From the NCBI GenBank assembly GCA_051013385.1, contig CP143273.1:1120001-1184000 (forward strand): DNA of 64,000 nt, written 5' to 3'. A program made the position numbers and the translations under genes. Shown here piece after piece: positions 30,434 to 38,607 of this stretch; the stretch's first letter is position 1; every line of letters starts with the position of its first letter. The notes below the pieces were generated by a model. It saw only the letters and a list, made by a program, of their open reading frames with translations. It did not search any database and had not been told where the DNA came from. The DNA is from Phormidium sp. GTDB lineage: Bacteria; Cyanobacteriota; Cyanobacteriia; Cyanobacteriales; Aerosakkonemataceae.

Positions 30434-30997
30434 TTAAGTTTGAGTTAATAAAGCCTGAGCATAAACTGTCTCACCATCGGCGGCGGAACCCACAATAAAT
30501 AATCCAGTGTAGGGGTCGCCTGAACTATCTTCTACATAGCAAACTTTTGGTTCCGCAAGTTGCCCAAATGCGGAATAAAGTTGTACGTAGTATTCAACTG
30601 CTTCGGCTGAACTTTGCATTGTCTCAATTCCAGCCTTTTCGTTTAAAGCCGCATCGCTTTTTTGCTGAAGCTCATCACAACTATTTCTTACTAATGGAAT
30701 GAATACATTTAAGAGCGATTCAGTGCGAATTGTCCGTTCTGGAACTTTATAGTTTTCTGTTTGCATCGCTTTTTTTCTAGCTGAAGCATCCAACGCCAGA
30801 ATTTTCTTTTCATCCAGTGTTGTTTTTGTCCGCTTGATTGCTAATGGTGAATCTGATTCACTTTCGCCCCAAAAATTATAATCCGATATCACTGCTTTTA
30901 GCAGTTTTGCTGCGATCGCTCCCGTTAATGTCGTCATATACATTTGCTGTAAATTTCTCGATTTAATTATATCAGTTACTTCCCAATATAGCCCCAA
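30434..30997 (-). CDS. Nuclease A inhibitor (NuiA)-like protein
   Basis: GESESDSP motif and C-terminal KVCYV...FIVG...G..V...A.LTQT resemble NuiA (SESDYP...ILG...G...LxTxVVET). The start is probably MYMTT. Confidence 0.55.
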   Translation of the reverse strand: MGLYWEVTDIIKSRNLQQMYMTTLTGAIAAKLLKAVISDYNFWGESESDSPLAIKRTKTTLDEKKILALDASARKKAMQTENYKVPERTIRTESLLNVFIPLVRNSCDELQQKSDAALNEKAGIETMQSSAEAVEYYVQLYSAFGQLAEPKVCYVEDSSGDPYTGLFIVGSAADGETVYAQALLTQT

Positions 30998-31193
30998 TAA
31001 AACAACTTTTTGCTTTTAATTGTTTTACTTAAATCAAACATTAATAATTTACTGACTGGTTGATATTTGATAACAAAATCTGCTATTTTGCTATTGGTAA
31101 TGGGATTGAGAATATCGCTATTGCATTTTAGATATGCTGATAGCGAGTATATCTCTAGAATATGTCTTCTGTTTTGATGATAGTATCCATTAT

Positions 31194-31388
31194 TTATACT
31201 TCCTTGGTTGGTAAAGATTTTAAATGATTCAGAAATTCAAGTAATTGGTCATCATTTAGCTGGTAGCGGGAACGCTTGTTATAGGTTGTAATCAGATGTG
31301 AGCGTCCTTGTTTAGTTGACCAACCAACACGCTGCATTTCGGTGTTGGTTTGATTAATAGTATTCTGCAATTCAATTTCTCGTTCCAT
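31194..31388 (-). CDS. Small hypothetical protein
   Basis: EMQRVGWSTKQGRSHL..TY.KRSR..L.D.QLLEFL, a common cyanobacterial small domain; RBS GAGG. Confidence 0.7.
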   Translation of the reverse strand: MEREIELQNTINQTNTEMQRVGWSTKQGRSHLITTYNKRSRYQLNDDQLLEFLNHLKSLPTKEV

Positions 31389-31481
31389 GTTCCATTACCT
31401 CATTTACAACTTGATTAATGACTAATAAATTTTTGGTGTCAGCGATCGCTTCTGGTAAAGGCGATCGCTCCACATCAAAAA

Positions 31482-31883
31482 TTAACGTTCACTGGGCAAT
31501 AGTAAAACTCTGTTTTCCAAGTAGAGTGTGATTAATTGTAGAGGAAAATCAGTGTATTCGATCTGCTGAGTAACTACTGGTTTAACACCAGGAGAAGGTG
31601 TATCCTCCCAACAAGTTAGAACAGCTTTGTTTCCCTCTTTGGGTTTGATGAAATTGTGTTCATTACCAACAACTAATAACCACAATTGAAAGTCTCGTAG
31701 TCTTGGATTTTGGCGCAGTGTTGGTTGATAGGAACCGATCGCATCTAATAACCAGTAGGCTTGTGCATTGTCAGCTAAGAATTTGATGCCATCAGTGTAT
31801 TGAAAACCAAGCAAATGCTTGTAATAGCGATCGGTTCCAGTGAAGTGGCTTAACTGAGATTTGAGTTGTTCTGCGGTTAGCAT
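31482..31883 (-). CDS. DUF6876-like protein
   Basis: MLTAEQLKSQLSHFTGTDRYY...YTDGIKFLADNAQAYWLLDAIGSYQ. Start placed at 31883 from the motif spacing. Confidence 0.7.
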   Translation of the reverse strand: MLTAEQLKSQLSHFTGTDRYYKHLLGFQYTDGIKFLADNAQAYWLLDAIGSYQPTLRQNPRLRDFQLWLLVVGNEHNFIKPKEGNKAVLTCWEDTPSPGVKPVVTQQIEYTDFPLQLITLYLENRVLLLPSER

Positions 31884-31908
31884 TGTAATTGGTTGAAACG
31901 TCAACCTC

Positions 31909-31949
31909 AAAAAGCGTTCGCGTAGCGTGTGCGTAGCACGTAAGCATTT
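31909..31949 (-). promoter_or_regulatory. Conserved pre-gene motif, copy 6, interrupted by a small dispersed repeat
   Basis: AAAAAGCG[TTCGCGTAGCGTGTGCGTAGCACG]TAAGCATTT; core 31 nt from ATG 31883. Confidence 0.6.
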
Positions 31950-31969
31950 AAGCCTGAAAAATTGTTGAT

Positions 31970-32299
31970 TCAATATCCATCAGTTAAACAACAATTTATA
32001 TGAACCGGAAACACAGCTTTACTCAAATCAAGCGGCTCTGGTTCAGTTTGGTTACGGATTTGTTCAACCCAATTGCGATCGACATCAAATAAATCACAGA
32101 AACTTTGAATCAGGTTGTCGTATTTTTGATCGCAGACATCAAGGCGATCGTTCTCGATTTTCGACAATTCAACAAAACTAAACTCGCTGCCAATTTTAGC
32201 TGACAACAACATCGCTAATTCCCTTTGACTTAGACCTTGTGAATGCCTAGCAGCAATGATAATTCGACCTAATGTTATTGGACAGATTTGATTCGACAT
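31970..32299 (-). CDS. XRE-family HTH regulator
   Basis: LGRIIIAARHSQGLSQRELA...ELSKIEND. Confidence 0.8.
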   Translation of the reverse strand: MSNQICPITLGRIIIAARHSQGLSQRELAMLLSAKIGSEFSFVELSKIENDRLDVCDQKYDNLIQSFCDLFDVDRNWVEQIRNQTEPEPLDLSKAVFPVHINCCLTDGY

Positions 32300-32337
32300 T
32301 AATTAAAGGCGGTAGCGAACCGCCCAAATCTCGCTAA

Positions 32338-32649
32338 CTAACCTTCATAATCAATGCGGTATTGATTGCCTTCTGGGATAAATTCAGAATCGATTTCTTG
32401 ATGACCAACATTAACCCGAAAGGTTTCGGCTGGCTTGGTATCTTTGGCTTTTCTGTATTCCGATACGCGCAAGCGCAGGCTACGCCAACGCACAGCTTCC
32501 CGGCATTTATCTTGCAAGATTTGAATACAACCATCTTCGTCTTCATCTTCATCAATGTTTGCCCAGAGCGAACAACCAATAACAACAGAATTGTAGTTTC
32601 CTAAGTTAAACTTACGCTCGTAATTAACACCAATTGCTTTAATTCTCAT
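32338..32649 (-). CDS. Hypothetical protein with an in-frame small-repeat insertion
   Basis: MRIKAIGVNYERKFNLGNYNS; WRSLRLRV is encoded by a repeat at about 32461-32490. Confidence 0.65.
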   Translation of the reverse strand: MRIKAIGVNYERKFNLGNYNSVVIGCSLWANIDEDEDEDGCIQILQDKCREAVRWRSLRLRVSEYRKAKDTKPAETFRVNVGHQEIDSEFIPEGNQYRIDYEG

Positions 32650-32673
32650 TTTTCCTACCAAAAACCAAAACCT

Positions 32674-32688
32674 AAAAGCGAAGCGTCA
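32674..32688 (-). promoter_or_regulatory. Conserved pre-gene motif, copy 7
   Basis: AAAAGCGAAGCGTCA; core 29 nt from ATG 32649. Confidence 0.65.
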
Positions 32689-32689
32689 A

Positions 32690-33319
32690 TTAACTGACCT
32701 CACCCCAAACTTGCCATCCAGGTCGAGAAAGACGTGCAAACAATTCAATCTTTTCACCATCAAGACATGAAGCTAATCTATTTGCGATCGCCCAAAACTC
32801 ATCAGGTTTTCGTGAATGCTCAGATCGAGGTGCAAAAATCACATTTGGGATATCAGTTAATCCGTGAGTTGTGAAACTACCTGGATTTCCTTTCGTGGCA
32901 ACTAAGAAATGCTCTGTACAGTTTCGCCCATAGTGACCAATGCCTATATGTGGGCGTGGATTTTCAACAGTGCTAGATTTCGTTGTTTTCACCCAAGTAA
33001 AGATTGATTTGTAACTAAATCCCCATTTTTCCAGGCAACGAAACCCCAACGGTAAATGATTGTTTGTTACCCACAGCAGCAAATAGGCATTACTAGCAGC
33101 GATCGCACCGATCGGCAACTTCAGAATCGCCTCGTCACTCATATTCGGATATGGGCAGCGCCCCCGATGTGTTGAATCAAATTCCCGTAAGTTAAACTGC
33201 CAAGGTGGATCACAAACAATTAAGCGGTAGTCAGTTCCTTGAACTGGTGGCAAGCCGGGGATTAGTTCAAGAGCGATCGCTAATTTCAACTGACCAATTT
33301 TGTCGTCTGGTTTGTACAT
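32690..33319 (-). CDS. MT-A70 family N6-adenine methyltransferase
   Basis: DPPW, LWVTN, TWVK, EH, HSRKP and ELFAR..RPGW..WG motifs. Confidence 0.9.
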   Translation of the reverse strand: MYKPDDKIGQLKLAIALELIPGLPPVQGTDYRLIVCDPPWQFNLREFDSTHRGRCPYPNMSDEAILKLPIGAIAASNAYLLLWVTNNHLPLGFRCLEKWGFSYKSIFTWVKTTKSSTVENPRPHIGIGHYGRNCTEHFLVATKGNPGSFTTHGLTDIPNVIFAPRSEHSRKPDEFWAIANRLASCLDGEKIELFARLSRPGWQVWGEVS

Positions 33320-33535
33320 AATTCACCAGAAAAAATTAATTGTGGTGGGAATTGCACCCACCTTATAATCTTTAATCCAACAGAAACTTGAAGACAATTA
33401 CTCCAGTAATCAACCCAGATATTACACCTGTGACTTGCGCCGAACACTGATTTGTAGCGAGATGGAAAGGAGGCGATCGCTTGAATATTTTTACTTTAAG
33501 TTACTGTTGAACTAATATGATTGCTACTGGAGCAA

Positions 33536-35518
33536 GTGATCAACGCCTGATGGCATCTAAGGTTTAGGAATCAATGAATGCGCCGAACTTGTGTTTCTTC
33601 GCAAGTTTGTGATCAACGCCTGATGGCATCTAAGGTTTAGGAATCATCTCCCAGCCCTCCTTTCAAACACTTGGGCAATAGGTGATCAACGCCTGATGGC
33701 ATCTAAGGTTTAGGAATCGTTAAGCCTTTCCAGCTAAAAGTAAACTCAGTTACCGTGATCAACGCCTGATGGCATCTAAGGTTTAGGAATGAAATATTTG
33801 CGTCATCAAACCATGAAACCGAAAGGTGATCAACGCCTGATGGCATCTAAGGTTTAGGAATGCTAGAAGTTACGATCGCAGATGTAAGCTCATTACCTTG
33901 TGATCAACGCCTGATGGCATCTAAGGTTTAGGAATAAAGTAGACAACAAAGATTCCTACCGCCGCTTAATTGTGATCAACGCCTGATGGCATCTAAGGTT
34001 TAGGAATCAATTAAGGGGGAAAAGTTAATTAGAATCCGCAATGTGATCAACGCCTGATGGCATCTAAGGTTTAGGAATTTGGTAAATGTTGCGGTTTCAT
34101 CAGCAGTTGTAATCGTGATCAACGCCTGATGGCATCTAAGGTTTAGGAATCTCAGTTAAAGAATCATTGGAAAGATTGATTAATTTGTGATCAACGCCTG
34201 ATGGCATCTAAGGTTTAGGAATAATCACTAGGTCGCTAAATTTCCTCATCCCCTCAAAAGGTGATCAACGCCTGATGGCATCTAAGGTTTAGGAATTCTT
34301 GCGTGGGTTTTCTTTTAGTTCTCTTTTTATTGTGATCAACGCCTGATGGCATCTAAGGTTTAGGAATAAGAAAGGATAAAAGAGCAAGAAGAAAGTTTGA
34401 TTGTGATCAACGCCTGATGGCATCTAAGGTTTAGGAATCAGAGTAGCCCTATCTATAGGGGAAAAGAGGCTCGTGATCAACGCCTGATGGCATCTAAGGT
34501 TTAGGAATTATCCCAGGGATGTTATTCACCTTCCCATATAAGTAGTGATCAACGCCTGATGGCATCTAAGGTTTAGGAATTGCTAACTTAACGAATCTGG
34601 GGAGGTTATATCTCTCGTGATCAACGCCTGATGGCATCTAAGGTTTAGGAATTAGAGGTTACGGTAAACCGAACTAACCAGAGTAACGTGATCAACGCCT
34701 GATGGCATCTAAGGTTTAGGAATCTCTGAGTTATCTAATGGAGTCCTCTATCGCCCTAACAGTGATCAACGCCTGATGGCATCTAAGGTTTAGGAATTAG
34801 GTGACATCAAAGATAAAGAGGCGTACCTATTCCAGTGATCAACGCCTGATGGCATCTAAGGTTTAGGAATTAATTAAACTCTGTGAGTTATTTATTATAG
34901 ACTCAGTGATCAACGCCTGATGGCATCTAAGGTTTAGGAATGGCTTAAGGTGCTGACTAACAAATAGCTTCATTGTTTGTGATCAACGCCTGATGGCATC
35001 TAAGGTTTAGGAATTGTCTCAAATTCAATGAGGTTTTTGATGTTGTTCAGTGATCAACGCCTGATGGCATCTAAGGTTTAGGAATGCTTTCTATTTGCGG
35101 GTACGGTGACTAATTCCTAATTGTGATCAACGCCTGATGGCATCTAAGGTTTAGGAATTAGTCTCGTCTTCTACGTTGTCAAAAGAAGTTTGTAGTGATC
35201 AACGCCTGATGGCATCTAAGGTTTAGGAATTGCTATGGTTCGTCATTTACTTAATCCAAAAGTTTATGTGATCAACGCCTGATGGCATCTAAGGTTTAGG
35301 AATAGTCTACAATGACTCAGAGAAAGCTAGATTGACTAAGTGATCAACGCCTGATGGCATCTAAGGTTTAGGAATAATGGAAAACCCGTGTGTGGTGTTA
35401 ACGCTGCTTTAGTGATCAACGCCTGATGGCATCTAAGGTTTAGGAATGACGCAGTGGTACATATTTCGGTGACAACGGTAAGGTGATCAACGCCTGATGG
35501 CATCTAAGGTTTAGGAAT
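33536..35518 (-). CRISPR. CRISPR array 1: 28 repeats and 27 spacers; repeat ATTCCTAAACCTTAGATGCCATCAGGCGTTGATCAC
   Basis: Identical 36-nt repeats with 34-38 nt spacers. Orientation taken from the leader on the right, which is homologous to the array 2 leader. Confidence 0.98.
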
Positions 35519-35785
35519 AGCGATCGGTGAAACCGTTACCAGATAACCGCTTGTACTCAATTCTACAAGCACCTGACAGCACAAAGCAATAAAGTAGGTA
35601 ACTGGAGCTAAAAAAAGGAGATTTGGAGTAATTGCGCTTTGCCTGTAATGCTTGCCTAATCTACTATTGAGCGATTTTGCAAGCACCTACTAACCTGCTA
35701 TAAACGCCGAAATACTTATCCCATATAAATTCTAGGCTAGGGGATGCCTAATTCTCTGCCCACAAACAGAGATGCTTGCATTTTT
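35519..35785 (-). promoter_or_regulatory. Leader of array 1
   Basis: Shares ATGCAAGCATCT, two AGGTGCTTG(C/T)A boxes, CTTTATTGCTT and terminal CGCT with the array 2 leader. Confidence 0.85.
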
Positions 35786-35902
35786 ACCGTTTTAATATAG
35801 TTAATTCTTAAACAAACTTTTAATATTAGCACTAAAATCGAATTTCTAAAGATTGATTAACATCAATAAATTTATACATTTAAAAGTCAATATTTTTAAA
35901 GG

Positions 35903-35919
35903 CGGCAAGAATTTTGCCG
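35903..35919. promoter_or_regulatory. Inverted repeat upstream of the WYL gene, candidate operator
   Basis: CGGCAA-GAATT-TTGCCG. Confidence 0.5.
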
Positions 35920-35962
35920 GGTAAACTGCTTAAGATGTGGCTAGTCTATTTTTTATAAGCAA

Positions 35963-36934
35963 ATGTCTCGGCATTTAGAAAGACTATTACAAATAGATGA
36001 ATTGTTACGAAGTGGGCAGCGACAAACTTCTGAGAGTTTAGCGCAAGCGGTGGAGGTTAGTGAGCGGACAATTCGTAATGACATAGCATTTTTGCGCGAT
36101 CGCTTAAATGCTCCCCTAGAATTTAATCGTCGTCAAGGCTTTCATTACACAAATTCAGACTGGAGATTACCGAGTATTTCTCTATCCCAAGGAGAACTAT
36201 TTGCACTAACATTAGGAGCCAGGATGCTGGAAGCATACTCAGGTTTAGCATACGCTAAAGAACTGCGTTCTTCTATTACTCGATTGAGTGAACGATTACC
36301 CGAACAAACATGGATAGATTTGCAACAAATTGCTGATGAAAGAATTTTGTTTCGGGCAGGAGCAGAAACTTATCTTAACCCAGAAATATGGAGTCAGTTA
36401 GTAGAAGCCTGCCGGACTTCTCGACAAGTAAAAATGCAGTATTTTACAGCTAGTCGCAATGCGGAGTCAGAAAGAATCATCGACCCTTATTTGCTTCATG
36501 TTTATCGCGGAACTAATCCCTATTTGATTGGATTTTGCCACCTACGTCAAGCGATGCGTTGGTTCCGAGTCGATCGCATTCAAAGTTTACAGATACTCAA
36601 AACCAAGTTTACTCGCGATCCAAACTTTAATGCTAAAGAACATCTAGACAAAATTTTTCAAGCTGAAGTAGGAGAAGGAAAGCCAGTTAATGTTGCTATT
36701 TGGTTTGATGCACCGACAGCACCTTATATCAAAGAACGACGCTGGCATTCGACACAAAAGATTGAGGAACATTTAGATGGTTCGGTGACTTTACGAATGG
36801 TTGTTACTGGATTAAATGACCTTAAACGTTGGGTTTTGGGTTATGGGAAAGGAGCGATCGTTAAAGAACCGCCTGAGTTGGTGCAGTTGGTACACAATGA
36901 GGTAGAGGGGATGAGCCAGTGTTACAAAAGTTAA
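35963..36934 (+). CDS. HTH-WYL-WCX transcriptional regulator
   Basis: N-terminal wHTH (EVSERTIRNDIAFLR), YLIGFCHLRQAMRWFRVDRI and WVLGYG..A.V.EP. Confidence 0.93.
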   Translation: MSRHLERLLQIDELLRSGQRQTSESLAQAVEVSERTIRNDIAFLRDRLNAPLEFNRRQGFHYTNSDWRLPSISLSQGELFALTLGARMLEAYSGLAYAKELRSSITRLSERLPEQTWIDLQQIADERILFRAGAETYLNPEIWSQLVEACRTSRQVKMQYFTASRNAESERIIDPYLLHVYRGTNPYLIGFCHLRQAMRWFRVDRIQSLQILKTKFTRDPNFNAKEHLDKIFQAEVGEGKPVNVAIWFDAPTAPYIKERRWHSTQKIEEHLDGSVTLRMVVTGLNDLKRWVLGYGKGAIVKEPPELVQLVHNEVEGMSQCYKS

Positions 36935-36980
36935 ACAGGAGTGGCAAAATCATGTACAACTTTGGTAGACTGATGGACTT

Positions 36981-37087
36981 GATATCTAAGATGCCCCACC
37001 TGCAGGCGTTGATCACTAATTGGCTCTCTAGGCTAAAATACAGTCTTAACTTTCAAGCACCTCTGATTGCCGATAGGCGTTTAATTT
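36981..37087 (+). ncRNA. CRISPR-like regulatory RNA (degenerate repeat-spacer-repeat) matching the downstream promoter
   Basis: Repeat-like 36981-37016 ends GGCGTTGATCAC; spacer 37017-37051; 37052-37087 aligns with the array 2 repeat. Spacer nt 1-16 match 37231-37246 except positions 6 and 12, directly after ATG. Confidence 0.85.
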
Positions 37088-37195
37088 TTCTTGGCTCTTG
37101 TCTTGACAGCGGCTATAGGTCTAAGGCGGGACATTTTGGTGAGGGAAGGGAACAGGGAACAGGGAACAGATTTGTCCCGGTTTAGATTGGTAGCC

Positions 37196-37225
37196 TTGAC
37201 AGCTATTATTTCATTGAAATACAGT
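37196..37225 (+). promoter_or_regulatory. Putative sigma70-type promoter of the cas operon leader
   Basis: TTGACA (37196) - 18 nt - TACAGT (37220). Confidence 0.55.
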
Positions 37226-37435
37226 AGATGTAATTAGCTCTATAGGAAAAGTGGCAAAAAGAGTAAAAAAAACTCTCTGGCCATCAGACCTGAGAGCCAA
37301 CCATATATTAAGTAACAGCATCATGCCAAAAAAAATTGAAATTGAAAAGGAGTCACGAAAATGAACACTGTTCCACACAATCATGGGAAAATGCCTGATT
37401 TCCGCGACCTTCCGCTATTCTCATCCGCGATCGCA

Positions 37436-37543
37436 GCGTCAACGGCAGAAAGGCGTTTAACAGTCGATCAGAACTCAGCCCAAGCTTTATGCTTTAACCT
37501 TCCTCCTGCGTCAACGGCAGAAAGGCGTTTAACAGTCGATCAG
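37436..37543. CRISPR. Mini-array: two identical 36-nt atypical repeats and one 36-nt spacer
   Basis: GCGTCAACGGCAGAAAGGCGTTTAACAGTCGATCAG at 37436 and 37508; spacer AACTCAGCCCAAGCTTTATGCTTTAACCTTCCTCCT. Confidence 0.8.
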
Positions 37544-37624
37544 GTTTGCCAAAAAGTCGGAATTCCCAAGTCGGAACTTAAAAAATGCAAAGTCCAAGTC
37601 GGGGGTTTTTTGGAATTAAATAAT

Positions 37625-37777
37625 GGGTCTTCCGTACTTACTGTGCTAAATTCCTGGTCAAAGCCTGACTGGGCAAGGATTTAGCCGACAATTTAGATTT
37701 TTAGGATTCAAACCCTTGCCCAGTCAGGCTTGTAGTTTAGGGTTCTTGTTTGTTAGCACACTAAGTACGGAAGACCC
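37625..37777. mobile_element. ISL3-derived MITE (153 bp)
   Basis: Ends GGGTCTTCCGTACTTACTGTGCTAAATT and TTAGCACACTAAGTACGGAAGACCC nearly match the IRs of the IS at 61752-63041. Internal IR AAGCCTGACTGGGCAAGG. Confidence 0.85.
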
Positions 37778-37920
37778 GTAAAAATACAACCCAAGGTTAA
37801 GAATCTGGGAATGGTTGTGTACGCAGCAAACGGGGCATGAATACGCGATCGCCATTGGGTATTCATGCTCAAGAACACCTTAACTAAATTTTTCAAGAGT
37901 TTTTCAGGAGTGATCTAATT

Positions 37921-38607
37921 ATGCTAATCACTGAATGCGATCGCGAGGAAAGACAAGATAATAATTTACCTTATGTAGAGTTGTGTTTTAGTATCATCGG
38001 TAAAACTTTACCTGCGGATCATGGGTATGGTTTATATTCTGCGATCGCACACTGTCAAGAGGAACTGCACAATTTAGCAGGGGTGAGTATTCAAACTATT
38101 CAGGGAATGCCTGATAAACAGGGGATAATTTATTTAAGCGATCGCTCTAAATTGAGAATCCGCCTACCTGGGGACAAAGTGCCATTGGTGTATCCTTTAG
38201 CAGGAAAACAATTAACCATTGGTAAGCACTCAATTCGGCTAGGAATCCCGCAAATTTTTGTATTGCAACCTGCTGCGAGATTGCGATCGCGCATTGTGAT
38301 TATTAAGGGATTTCAAGAAGCAGATACTTTTTTAGCAGCAGCAAAACGGCAATTGGATGATTTACAAATTCAAGGTAATCTGATAATTCCGCTGAATGAA
38401 GAGGGAGAATTTAGTCGGAAGGCAATTAAAATTAAAACGTTTTCAGTAGTGGGTTTTAGTTTGGAAGTAACGGATCTCAGTGATGATGATTCTATCAAAT
38501 TACAGGCTTTAGGATTGGGTGGCAAGCATCGTATGGGTTGTGGGATTTTTGTATGCGATCGTTGGGACAAGGAACAGAAGGAGAATACAAATGAGCATAA
38601 TAGCTAA
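37921..38607 (+). CDS. cas6: Cas6 (MYXAN-type, Cmx6)
   Basis: LPADHGYGLYSAI and C-terminal GLGGKHRMGCG. Confidence 0.95.
   Translation: MLITECDREERQDNNLPYVELCFSIIGKTLPADHGYGLYSAIAHCQEELHNLAGVSIQTIQGMPDKQGIIYLSDRSKLRIRLPGDKVPLVYPLAGKQLTIGKHSIRLGIPQIFVLQPAARLRSRIVIIKGFQEADTFLAAAKRQLDDLQIQGNLIIPLNEEGEFSRKAIKIKTFSVVGFSLEVTDLSDDDSIKLQALGLGGKHRMGCGIFVCDRWDKEQKENTNEHNS

Noticed and set aside
36919..37185. 88-aa ORF after the WYL gene
   Set aside because: It overlaps the degenerate repeat-spacer-repeat and GGGAACA heptamer repeats and has no protein features.
37472..37507. Possible targets of the second mini-array spacer at 23551 (AACTCAG) and 24503
   Set aside because: Only 5-7 nt match, which is expected by chance.
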